Shown here one piece after another: positions 10,070 to 19,273 of a stretch of 64,000 nucleotides of DNA. Within the stretch, counting starts at the first letter, position 1, and each line of letters begins with the position of its first letter. This stretch comes from an uncultured delta proteobacterium. Its GTDB lineage: Bacteria; Desulfobacterota; Syntrophia; Syntrophales; UBA2185. A program made the translations under genes and the position numbers. Where the stretch lies: assembly GCA_963729715.1 (NCBI GenBank), contig CAVSPA010000007.1, forward strand, positions 64,001 through 128,000. The letters run 5' to 3'. The notes under the pieces were generated by a model. That model did no database searches. It was not told the DNA's origin and saw only the letters and a program-made list of their open reading frames with translations.

Positions 10070-10567
10070 ATGGGAAATAAAGATCGCATTACTATTCTCG
10101 GGTTGGGCAATATTCTTCTTCAGGATGAAGGATTTGGCGTCCATTTTGTGCGCTGGTTCGAGAATAATTATCGAGTCCCGGAAAACGTCAAGATCGTTGA
10201 AGGCGGCACCCTCGGCTACGGACTGCTCGATACAGTATGCAGTTGCGATAGACTTCTTGTTATCGACGTGATAAAAGCAAACGAAGAACCCGGGTCCGTC
10301 TACCGTTTCACAAAGGAAGAAGTTGATGCGCAAATGCTTGAACCAACTTCGGCCCATGAAGTATCGTTTCACGACGTGCTCTGCAAGGCGGAACTAATCG
10401 ACGAATTACCGGAATGCATTTTCCTCTGCATTGTTCCCTACAAATACAAAAATATGGGTCTTGAACTGACCCTCTCTATTAGAAATAAATTTTCTGACGT
10501 CGAAAGGCTTCTCTTAAAAGAACTTTCTTTACGCGGCGTGAGACCGCTGAAGTTGAACCATGCATGA
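10070..10567 (+). CDS. hydD: Hydrogenase maturation protease (HyaD/HybD family)
   Basis: ILGLGNILLQDEGFG, EGGT, VID and SAHE motifs; start uncertain (10016-10070). Confidence 0.9.
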   Translation: MGNKDRITILGLGNILLQDEGFGVHFVRWFENNYRVPENVKIVEGGTLGYGLLDTVCSCDRLLVIDVIKANEEPGSVYRFTKEEVDAQMLEPTSAHEVSFHDVLCKAELIDELPECIFLCIVPYKYKNMGLELTLSIRNKFSDVERLLLKELSLRGVRPLKLNHA

Positions 10568-10904
10568 GCTCTCCATCATCCGGTCAATTCTGGATATAAT
10601 TGAAGAATACGCAGAGGAATATCGATTCAGCAAAGTGAAGTCCATGAAGATTTCGTTCGGACGGCTGTCCTGCATTGAACCACAGGTGCTCGAATTCACC
10701 TTCGACATCCAGTCGAGCGGCACGAAGGCGGAAGGGGCAGCGCTCGAATTTGATATTAAACCGATCATCATTCACTGCTTTTCCTGTGAAAAAGATGTTG
10801 AACTCGAACAATATGCTGCGGAGTGCCCGCATTGTAAAGGCTCTGAAGTGCTACTTGCAGGCGGAACGGAAGAGATTCAACTTCTCGAGATAGACGTAGA
10901 TTAG
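10560..10904 (+). CDS. hypA: Hydrogenase nickel metallochaperone HypA
   Basis: N-terminal MHE and two CxxC motifs (CFSC, CPHC). Confidence 0.95.
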   Translation: MHELSIIRSILDIIEEYAEEYRFSKVKSMKISFGRLSCIEPQVLEFTFDIQSSGTKAEGAALEFDIKPIIIHCFSCEKDVELEQYAAECPHCKGSEVLLAGGTEEIQLLEIDVD

Positions 10905-10916
10905 GAACTGGTAAAT

Positions 10917-11147
10917 ATGTGCCTTGGATTTCCGGGAAGAATCATATCCATTGACGAAGACAATATCGCCATTATAGATATCAGCGGCACCAGGCGGGAA
11001 GTCTGTCTCGATATAGTCGATGAGGATGTTGCAATCGGAGACTATGTGATAGCTCATGCGGGCTATGCCATTCACAAGATCAATGAAGCACTCGCTTTGG
11101 AAAAGTTGGATCTGCTAAAAGAGATCATAGAAAAAGAGATATATTGA
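10917..11147 (+). CDS. hypC: Hydrogenase assembly chaperone HypC
   Basis: MCLGFPG start; GDYVIAHAGYAI. Confidence 0.95.
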   Translation: MCLGFPGRIISIDEDNIAIIDISGTRREVCLDIVDEDVAIGDYVIAHAGYAIHKINEALALEKLDLLKEIIEKEIY

Positions 11148-11162
11148 AAATAGTAAGGAGAA

Positions 11163-11831
11163 ATGCATTTGTCCAAGATAACAGTGGTAAAAAACATCCT
11201 CGATGCAAATGACAGGATTGCCGAAGAAAACAGGAAGATATTTGATAAAGATAAAATATACGTCCTTAATCTGATGAGTTCCCCCGGCGCAGGGAAAACC
11301 TCACTTGTGGAGAGAACGATCGCTGCCGTTCAGGGTAAATATAAAATCGGCGTCATTGAAGGGGATATCCAGGGTTCCTCTGATGCGGAAAGAATCGCCA
11401 GACTGGGAGTCCCGGTAGTTCAGATTAACACCGGAGGGGCATGCCACATAGACGGCAATATGATCCGCGAAGCCCTGCCGGGCCTTGATCTCACGAAGAT
11501 TGATCTTCTTATTGCCGAGAATGTGGGCAACCTCGTATGCCCGGCTGAGTTCAAGATCGGTGAGAATGTAAAGGTGATGGTTCTGAGCACCCCGGAAGGT
11601 TCTGACAAGCCGGCGAAGTACCCCCTCATGTTCCAGCAGTCGGAGGCCATGATCATCAACAAGATAGATCTGCTTCCCTATGTGGACTTCGATATGGTCA
11701 AGGCAAAGAAAGACGCCCTTATCCTCAACCGTAATCTTAAAATATTTGAGGTATCGTGCAAAACGTCGGCAGGTCTTAAAGACTGGTTCGACTGGCTCTC
11801 GAACCGCATTGAATCTTTTCGATCGAAATGA
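11163..11831 (+). CDS. hypB: Hydrogenase nickel-incorporation GTPase HypB
   Basis: SSPGAGKT, TGGACH, ENVGNLVCPA, DKPAKYP and NKID motifs. Confidence 0.96.
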   Translation: MHLSKITVVKNILDANDRIAEENRKIFDKDKIYVLNLMSSPGAGKTSLVERTIAAVQGKYKIGVIEGDIQGSSDAERIARLGVPVVQINTGGACHIDGNMIREALPGLDLTKIDLLIAENVGNLVCPAEFKIGENVKVMVLSTPEGSDKPAKYPLMFQQSEAMIINKIDLLPYVDFDMVKAKKDALILNRNLKIFEVSCKTSAGLKDWFDWLSNRIESFRSK

Positions 11832-12175
11832 AGTGTCCTGGAAATCTTCTTCTCAGAAAGATCCCAGCAAAAAGAAAAACTCGGGGCATATACCTACTCG
11901 CCCATTTCGTCTAATTAATTTCCCATCTGAAAACCTAAACTGATCAAATTCATGAATTGATACACCAATATTTAATAAAAATAATTTGTATTACGTTGGC
12001 GCAGGCAGGAATAATCCGGTATCCGTAGCTTAGTGACATATATGCTAAGATAGTGAAGAGGAATCTATTGAAGAAAAGATGCAAGCTTGACCTCAAGGGG
12101 CATTTATGAGAAAAAGCAATGTCCTTTGCTCCCATAAATATGCGCATTTCTCGGAAAATATTTGCAGTGTTCATC

Positions 12176-14680
12176 ATGAAAAAAGATTATTCAATAGAGA
12201 TGTGTAAGACTCTCGAAACTGAATACAACGGCCTTGGTTTGCAGCGGCCTTTAGCTGTAAAACGCTACGACGTCGGGGACATCGTGGAATATGACGCGAG
12301 CGCGGTGGCGCCTGATACACCCGATAAGACATCCCGCGTTCGAGTACAGATACAACAATTTATCGGCGGCGGATTTGCTGGTCAGGTTTACAAAGTGAAG
12401 GTTCTCGGCATCGAACCGGATACGCTGCCGGGATTGCAGGTTGATAGTTCTTATGCGTTGAAGATCCTGATTCCGCCATCGGGAGCGGCGCGCTTTTTCA
12501 GAAACCTGCTCTACTGGATCGGTTTTCAGGGGCCTTTTCAATTGCAGTCAAATCCGGCTGCGGCAAGGGCCGGCGCTTTATGGCAGAAATTCATCCGCCG
12601 CGGCGCCAAGATCATGTTCGGTGATGAATCATGCGTTAAAGACATGTACGCCATCTTTGTCGATACCCAACTGGGAAGTTGCGGCGAGATTACCTCCTGG
12701 GTCGAAGGCCGCACCTGGCAGCTTGAAGTCGACGATCACATGGAGCTTTTGAGCAGATGGAAGAAAGGGGAAACTATTCCCCCTGGATGCCTCGGCTCTC
12801 CGGAATATAGAACAAAGAAACAATTCATGGCGGATATTGTCAGACTGCTCCACGATATGGGCGCTTATGAATTTGCCCGCCAGTATGAATGGTCCACCTG
12901 CAAGAGTCAACCGAACTGTTTTAAGTTGGATTCAACCGACGACGACCCTTATACCGGTCTTGTCGCCATGGATTTCCGCGCTGGCCTCGCTCTGCTTCCC
13001 TTCGGGCCGATGAGCCCCGGCGATTTTTCACTGATATGGAGAGGGGTTCGCAGAGGGTCTCTCGTACAGTTCGACAGGGGAGACCTCAAAAAACTCGAAG
13101 CATTTGTGCTCGCTCATAAGAATGAATTTGCAGACATGCTCGGCATGCTTGAGGAGCTGAAAGCCGCGGAAGAAATCTATCGCAATTCGGTTCCCGATGT
13201 TACCCACAATCATCTCAAACTTCTTTACAGCGGAAAGCTCTGGTCTACCATTTTTTCCAGCGCGATTGTCGGGTGGAGAATTAAAAATATAATCGACGCT
13301 CCGACACAGGAACGATTCCAGAAACGCAAAATCTCTGCCCTCCCTTTCTCCCTTCTGGGCTTAATACCATTCTTAGGCGGTATGCTGCGAAAGGCCTGGG
13401 GGCACGCCGAATGGCGGGCGCATTATAAGAAATGCTTGAACAGCATGGAATACCTTCTTAAAACGCTTCGCGGCAAAAGGCTGGAGCGTGTGATGTCATG
13501 GTGTCGGAGCGGCAGGATAGCGGAAGAGTCTGCGCCGATGCTTGCTCATTCCTTGGGGCTGTTTCTCCTTCATCTGCCGCTGTCGATTCTTCCCGCAGGA
13601 CTATATAAGTTCCTGACAAGCTGGAAATATGCAAAGGAGAAATTGGCCTTTATATTCGTGCGGCCCGTCCAGCTCTATTTTAATGCCGAGATGCGGGAGG
13701 AATGGCTGGCCGACATGGTGGAGCTCGGGAAGAAGAAGCGCATCATAAGCGCGAGCGACGCGGATGAGATAATCAAGACCATTAAAGAACCTTTTATTCA
13801 GAAATACCTCAAGAGTCTCGCTGTTCACATCTGTTTGATGCCGACCACGCATGTGGTTGCCACGGCGCTTGCGATCTACTTCATATGGACGCATCCCGAA
13901 ATGCCCCGCGCACAGGCCTGGGCGATAGGATTGGGGATTATCGCCTTTTTCCAGCTCATACCCATATCACCCGGATCGCTCGCGCGGGGGCTCTATGTGC
14001 TTTTCCTGGTTATAAAAGAAAGAAATTTCAAGGACTACAGCATCGCTTTGTTTTTAGCGTTCTTCAAATATGTCGGGTACCTCGCCTTCCCTATACAGAT
14101 GACCTATCGGTACCCCACGCTGGCGCGGTTTATGGCGGGACACTGGGCCACGGAATCCGTGCATGTCGTGCCGGTATTTGGAGAGAGCGGCGCTCTTCTT
14201 GAGCACGGCGTCTTCTGCCTTTTCTACAATTGGCCTCTGACTATTCGCAGGCACATGGATTTACGCGCGCAGAAGAGAGCACTGATGAGACCGCGCTACT
14301 GGCACGCGGCAGCCCTGGGGGTTGGCGCTGCCGGAGTCTTGTTTGGAACCGATACGATGTATTTTAAGTATGCCGGGGTTATCCCGGATCTGAGACACAT
14401 CTGGTGGCTCATGGCCGCACTCCCGTTAATCGGAGGCATTATGGTCAGCAACGGATGCGGGGGCGCTCCGATGATGAGGCGGATTGTAGCGGCTGCGGTC
14501 TTCGGTATCTTTACGAGTCTTATCTATATGATCATTGCGACCGCTTTCGGTTTTCATCATTATGCAAATATTTTCCAACTCGGCATGGCATGCTTATGGA
14601 GACTATTCGTGTTCGGCCTCTTGGCAAGCATAGGCGCCATGGCAATGGAGTTTAAGCTGGAAAAATCTGACGGATATTAA
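12176..14680 (+). CDS. Large hypothetical membrane protein with an N-terminal atypical protein-kinase-like domain
   Basis: Single long ORF (alternative ATG at 12119); IGGGFAGQVYK, YALKI, LLHDMG, QPN and LVAMDF motifs; many hydrophobic segments in the C-terminal half. Confidence 0.8.
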   Translation: MKKDYSIEMCKTLETEYNGLGLQRPLAVKRYDVGDIVEYDASAVAPDTPDKTSRVRVQIQQFIGGGFAGQVYKVKVLGIEPDTLPGLQVDSSYALKILIPPSGAARFFRNLLYWIGFQGPFQLQSNPAAARAGALWQKFIRRGAKIMFGDESCVKDMYAIFVDTQLGSCGEITSWVEGRTWQLEVDDHMELLSRWKKGETIPPGCLGSPEYRTKKQFMADIVRLLHDMGAYEFARQYEWSTCKSQPNCFKLDSTDDDPYTGLVAMDFRAGLALLPFGPMSPGDFSLIWRGVRRGSLVQFDRGDLKKLEAFVLAHKNEFADMLGMLEELKAAEEIYRNSVPDVTHNHLKLLYSGKLWSTIFSSAIVGWRIKNIIDAPTQERFQKRKISALPFSLLGLIPFLGGMLRKAWGHAEWRAHYKKCLNSMEYLLKTLRGKRLERVMSWCRSGRIAEESAPMLAHSLGLFLLHLPLSILPAGLYKFLTSWKYAKEKLAFIFVRPVQLYFNAEMREEWLADMVELGKKKRIISASDADEIIKTIKEPFIQKYLKSLAVHICLMPTTHVVATALAIYFIWTHPEMPRAQAWAIGLGIIAFFQLIPISPGSLARGLYVLFLVIKERNFKDYSIALFLAFFKYVGYLAFPIQMTYRYPTLARFMAGHWATESVHVVPVFGESGALLEHGVFCLFYNWPLTIRRHMDLRAQKRALMRPRYWHAAALGVGAAGVLFGTDTMYFKYAGVIPDLRHIWWLMAALPLIGGIMVSNGCGGAPMMRRIVAAAVFGIFTSLIYMIIATAFGFHHYANIFQLGMACLWRLFVFGLLASIGAMAMEFKLEKSDGY

Positions 14681-14715
14681 TGCGTCGCTTGATTCTCAGG
14701 TTCGCATAAGCATTG

Positions 14716-15447
14716 TTACGGGTGGTCAAAGACATACCCGATGGAGCGGATACTCTTGAAATAGACAGGATTTTCCGGGTCGTTTTCAAAGTACTTTCTC
14801 AGGCGCACAATGAAGTTGTCAACCGTGCGTGTCGTCGTCTCACCGGAGTAGCCCCAGCCCACTTCCAGGAGCACCTTTCGTGACAAGGGTTTCCCCCGGT
14901 TGGCGATGAAGATCTTGAGTAACCTCACTTCCTGGTCCGTCAGGTGAATCATCCCGTGAGCGCCCTCGGCGGTCATAGTTCCGAAGTTAATCGTGTTGTT
15001 CCCAAATACATATTTATTCTTTAATTCTTCTGCTTCCAGCCCTTCATTGACAGTGCCGCCGTGGCTCCACGAGGACCTCTTCATGAGGCGTTCGATTCGC
15101 ATGAGAAACTCCTCGAGGTTAAAAGGTTTGGCGAGGTAGTCATCAACGCCGTAAGAGAATCCCTTGACCTTGTCATCATGGCCGCCTTTAGCCGACAGGA
15201 TAAGAACGGGGAGCTTTTCATCCTCCATGCGTATATGCCGCAGAACTGACAGACCGTCCAAACCGGGCAGCATGATATCAAGAACAATGAGGTGGGGATT
15301 CCACTCTTTCCACAGACGCAGTCCCGATGTTCCCTCGCCGGCGATTGATATCTCATAGCCCTGCAGGGAGAGATTCAATTTCAACCCCTCGGCAATATGC
15401 TCGTCATCCTCAATGATGAGGATGCGCTTTTGTGGAAGATCTTTCAT
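14716..15447 (-). CDS. OmpR/PhoB family response regulator
   Basis: Receiver motifs IEDD, LDIMLPG, LSA, DDYLAKPF; winged-helix motifs RTVDNFIVRLRK and IGY. Confidence 0.93.
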   Translation of the reverse strand: MKDLPQKRILIIEDDEHIAEGLKLNLSLQGYEISIAGEGTSGLRLWKEWNPHLIVLDIMLPGLDGLSVLRHIRMEDEKLPVLILSAKGGHDDKVKGFSYGVDDYLAKPFNLEEFLMRIERLMKRSSWSHGGTVNEGLEAEELKNKYVFGNNTINFGTMTAEGAHGMIHLTDQEVRLLKIFIANRGKPLSRKVLLEVGWGYSGETTTRTVDNFIVRLRKYFENDPENPVYFKSIRSIGYVFDHP

Positions 15448-16415
15448 GGTTTTTCCCTTTTCAGTTTTAAGGGCAGTGCCAACGTGAAAACGGATCCCTT
15501 TCCCACCCCCTCACTATCCGCAGTGATCTTTCCGCGATGGAGTCTTGCGATCTGTTGAGCAAGGTAGAGTCCGATGCCGCTTCCTCCTACCACGGCATGC
15601 TCGCTGCGGTTCCGGCTCTGATAGAATTTCTTGAATATTTTCTTCCTCTCTCCTTTTTCGATACCGATCCCGTTATCCCGGAAACGGATCAGTTGGATAT
15701 TCTCAGCCTCCTCGAAGGTGATGCGGACGCTGGGTCTGCCTGAATTGTTGTACTTCTTGGCATTGGTGAGGATGTTCATCAGGAGCATCTCAATAAGCGA
15801 CGTAACGATAGGCTGATAGAATCCCTTCTCTTGAGGGTTTTCAACATGGATGTCACATTCCCGGAAGATATGGCGGTTGCTCGCAAGAAATCCTCGCACC
15901 ATCTCTACAAGGTCGACGTTTGTAAATATCCCTTCATATACTTTGCTTTCAATCCGGGCAAGATTCAAGATACTGTTGATATTGTTTGAAAGGCGTTCTG
16001 CATCCTGGAGCATGAAGTTGATATATTTGAGTTGCTCATCACGCGGGATTTCATACTTGGTAAAAGTCTCCAGATAAAGCTTCAGGGAGGTAACCGGGGT
16101 CTTGAGCTCATGGGTGAAGTTGCCGATGAAGGTTTGCTGGAGGCGGTAGAGCTGGAGGGTTTTCAGGTGATAGATAAAGATGATGAGAATCCCCGCCAGG
16201 ATGACGCCGACCAGCAAGGACAGGACAAGGATGACAACCCAAGGGCTGGCTTCGATAAATTGGCTCGGATCAAGCTCGTAACGATAGGCGAGTGATTTGA
16301 CTCCCGCGCTTATCCCGACGTACCAGTAAATATACAGGGAGAGGGAACAAACGAGGGCGACCGTCGACAGAACAAAAACAAAAATAGGATGGAAAAACCA
16401 CTTCGCCTGCTTCAT
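15444..16415 (-). CDS. Sensor histidine kinase (two TM helices, short periplasmic loop)
   Basis: H-box THELKTP, N-box NILTNAKKY, DNGIGI, FKKFYQ and GSGIGL. Confidence 0.93.
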   Translation of the reverse strand: MKQAKWFFHPIFVFVLSTVALVCSLSLYIYWYVGISAGVKSLAYRYELDPSQFIEASPWVVILVLSLLVGVILAGILIIFIYHLKTLQLYRLQQTFIGNFTHELKTPVTSLKLYLETFTKYEIPRDEQLKYINFMLQDAERLSNNINSILNLARIESKVYEGIFTNVDLVEMVRGFLASNRHIFRECDIHVENPQEKGFYQPIVTSLIEMLLMNILTNAKKYNNSGRPSVRITFEEAENIQLIRFRDNGIGIEKGERKKIFKKFYQSRNRSEHAVVGGSGIGLYLAQQIARLHRGKITADSEGVGKGSVFTLALPLKLKREKP

Positions 16416-16497
16416 AATTCTTTATAATCTATACGATACGTTTATTCCCGTCAATTTTCCTTCTCTGTTTTTCCTTCTCTGTTCCAACTTATCCTGC

Positions 16498-16517
16498 ATT
16501 GTAAAAGTATTGTAAAA
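16498..16517. promoter_or_regulatory. Putative OmpR-family binding site (11-bp-period direct repeat)
   Basis: ATTGTAAAA at 16498-16506 and 16509-16517 in the divergent intergenic region. Confidence 0.45.
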
Positions 16518-16601
16518 CGCTAACTTATAACTTCCTTTCTGTAAATAAATTTCTTATGCTGCCTCCGCACTAACATATTTATACCCTCATGGAGGAGTAA
16601 C

Positions 16602-18359
16602 ATGCACAATCGTTCGCACCAGCCCCACCCTGTCCACCCGCTCGGAACCCGCGCCCGCGTCCTGCTTACCAGTGTTTTCGGACCGTATGCGCAGGATGAT
16701 GAGTATGGAAGCCGCAGGATCAATCCGATGGAGCTATATCAGAATCAAGTAACTCGTGTCCAGGGAGGGTTTTCTCTGCGCATGTTTCATCGCACCTTCG
16801 GGCTGATGATGATTCACGCCAATATCGAAGCCCCCTGTACGATACTGGATTTTCCCACCTTCGAGCGTTTCCTCGAAGAAATTCGTGATTGCCAGTATGA
16901 TATCATCGGTATCGGCGCCATCATTCCGAACATCGGCAAGGTGAAGAAGATGTGTGAACTGATCCGGCAGCATCAACCCGCAGCCACGATTGTCATTGGC
17001 GGGCATATAACCAACAAAGAAGAGATTGATAAAATAATTGATGCAGACCTTATTATCCGCGGCGAGGGCATCCGGTGGTTTCAGCGATATCTCGGGCAGG
17101 ATGACAAGGCGCCAATCAAACATCCGATGGCCATTTCGGGGTTTGGAACCAGGATCATGGGTATCACTCTGGGAAGCAGGCCCGGCGGCACCGCGGCGAT
17201 ACTGATCCCTTCTGTCGGCTGCCCTATCGGCTGCAACTTCTGTTCAACGTCGGCACTATTCGGCGGCAAAGGGCATTTCATTAATTTCTTTGAGACAGGC
17301 GATGAACTTTTTGCCGTCATGTGCGAAATTGAAAAGAAGCTCAAGGTTCGATCCTTTTTTACCCTTGATGAAAATTTTCTCCTCCATAAGAAACGGGCAT
17401 TGAGGCTCCTCGAACTTATGGAGGCCAACAATAAGAGCTGGGCAATATACGTATTCAGTTCCGCACGGGTCCTGCAATCCTATACGATTGACCAACTGGT
17501 GAGACTCGGCATCGGCTGGGTCTGGATGGGCTTGGAAGGTGAAAGCAGCAGTTACAACAAGCTTGATGGCGTTGATACACGAGCCCTGGTGCAGCTCCTG
17601 CAATCTCACGGCATCCGTGTGCTGGGATCCTCGATCATCGGCCTGGAAAATCATAAACCGAAAGATATGGATGCGATCATCGATTATGCCGTAGGCCACG
17701 AGACGGTGTTTCACCAGTTCATGCTTTATACCCCCATTTCGGGGACTCCCCTGTATGAAAAGCACAAACAGGAAGGCGCGCTCTTGGCAGAATCGGAATT
17801 ACCCATTGCCGATTCCCACGGACAATATCGCTTCAATTATCGCCATCCGTATATCAAAGGCGGACAGGAAGAGAAGTATATTCTGGAGGCATTCTGGCGT
17901 GACTTTAAGTTCAATGGTCCCAGTATTCTTCGTCTCATACGGGTGCTGTTGAACGGATGGCACATGCATAAGAACCATCCCCGACGCGTGCGGGAGCGTT
18001 TTGCACGGGAGGTATTTCCTTTACGCTCAACATATGCCGGCGCTGTGTGGGCCATGAAGAAGTGGTATCGCAACGATGCGCGTATCGCCGAAAAGGCGGA
18101 TAAGCTCCTGAAAGATATCTATACCGCATTTGGCTGGAAAACAAGGATTATTGCACCGTTTATAGGGAGGTACACCCTTCGTTCCTTGAAGAAGGAGGAA
18201 GAAAGGCTTGCTCGTGGGTGGACCTACGAACCGTCATGCTTCTATGAAAAGAACTCGGCAGCCAAGGCGCTCAACGCGGCGGCGGCTGTAAAACACAGGT
18301 TAAAGGTGCAAGATAAACGTCCTGCAGTCAATCAGCCGATTCCAAATTATGGCAAATAG
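16602..18359 (+). CDS. Cobalamin-binding domain radical SAM protein
   Basis: GGAGG RBS; N-terminal B12-binding-like segment (YDIIGIGA..., IVIGGH); radical SAM motif CPIGCNFC; DENF, GLEG and TPISGTPLY. Confidence 0.88.
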   Translation: MHNRSHQPHPVHPLGTRARVLLTSVFGPYAQDDEYGSRRINPMELYQNQVTRVQGGFSLRMFHRTFGLMMIHANIEAPCTILDFPTFERFLEEIRDCQYDIIGIGAIIPNIGKVKKMCELIRQHQPAATIVIGGHITNKEEIDKIIDADLIIRGEGIRWFQRYLGQDDKAPIKHPMAISGFGTRIMGITLGSRPGGTAAILIPSVGCPIGCNFCSTSALFGGKGHFINFFETGDELFAVMCEIEKKLKVRSFFTLDENFLLHKKRALRLLELMEANNKSWAIYVFSSARVLQSYTIDQLVRLGIGWVWMGLEGESSSYNKLDGVDTRALVQLLQSHGIRVLGSSIIGLENHKPKDMDAIIDYAVGHETVFHQFMLYTPISGTPLYEKHKQEGALLAESELPIADSHGQYRFNYRHPYIKGGQEEKYILEAFWRDFKFNGPSILRLIRVLLNGWHMHKNHPRRVRERFAREVFPLRSTYAGAVWAMKKWYRNDARIAEKADKLLKDIYTAFGWKTRIIAPFIGRYTLRSLKKEEERLARGWTYEPSCFYEKNSAAKALNAAAAVKHRLKVQDKRPAVNQPIPNYGK

Positions 18360-18394
18360 ATTCGAGCCGTACTTCTAATGAGAGGTTCCATCGA

Positions 18395-19273
18395 TCAGAC
18401 CGCGCACGGGACAGAGCGACCGGGTAATAATTCCATTCTGTATTTTCGCATTGCCAGATCATCCGCAGGCAACAGCTTTCGTATTTCAGAAAGGGTCGTG
18501 AAGCGGTAACCCGACATCTTTACCTGCCCGAGCAGGTCGATAAACGGGTTGCCCCAGATGCCTCCCTCCACCTCGGCATGCACCGGCAGCACATGGATTT
18601 CTCCGTCATTGAGGATAGAGGTGATGATGGAGATGCCTTCAGGGACGCCCACCTCCTCAAAGCAGGGAAGATCGGACGGAATTTCCACAACACCTGTCTT
18701 CTCGTGGATGAACGGCTTTTTGGCCCGGGTGCAGCTCAGATAATCAAACCGGTAATCCTCGAGAATCTCCATCACCCTGTCGTCGATGACCCAGGCAGGC
18801 GCCCCGAATGCCGAGGGCTTTTCCCCGGTCAGCTCCGTAAAACCGCGGATGCCCTTTTCAAACCAATCCCGTATCCACTCCCTTGATCTTCTGGGGACCT
18901 CGTCCTGCCAGCGTCTGTGATCCCATGCATGAAATTGCACCTCATGCCCGCAAGATAAAATCTCTTGGACGATTTCCGGAAACGAAAGGGCGATCATCGG
19001 CGCAGGAAGCAGGGTCCCGTAAAGGGCAGTCCTCAAACCATAAAGGCCGACAGCATTAGTCCTGACCATCTTTTTCAGAAAGCGGGGATTCTTTATGAGC
19101 TGAAGAATGGCCCTGCCAGAGGTATCAGGCCCTATGCTCAAGAAGAAGGTGGCCTTGATGTCATACTTTCCCAGGATGTTGAGAAGACGGGGCACACCAT
19201 TTTTCATACCATGATAGGTATCAACATCTATCTTTATGCCCAGTACTTTTCTATTTTTGTCATCAGACGGCAC
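18395..19273 (-). CDS. arnD: 4-deoxy-4-formamido-L-arabinose-phosphoundecaprenol deformylase-like polysaccharide deacetylase
   Basis: KIDVDT, GPDTSGRA, HAWDH and HAEVEG motifs; last gene of the arn operon. Confidence 0.85.
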   Translation of the reverse strand: MPSDDKNRKVLGIKIDVDTYHGMKNGVPRLLNILGKYDIKATFFLSIGPDTSGRAILQLIKNPRFLKKMVRTNAVGLYGLRTALYGTLLPAPMIALSFPEIVQEILSCGHEVQFHAWDHRRWQDEVPRRSREWIRDWFEKGIRGFTELTGEKPSAFGAPAWVIDDRVMEILEDYRFDYLSCTRAKKPFIHEKTGVVEIPSDLPCFEEVGVPEGISIITSILNDGEIHVLPVHAEVEGGIWGNPFIDLLGQVKMSGYRFTTLSEIRKLLPADDLAMRKYRMELLPGRSVPCAV

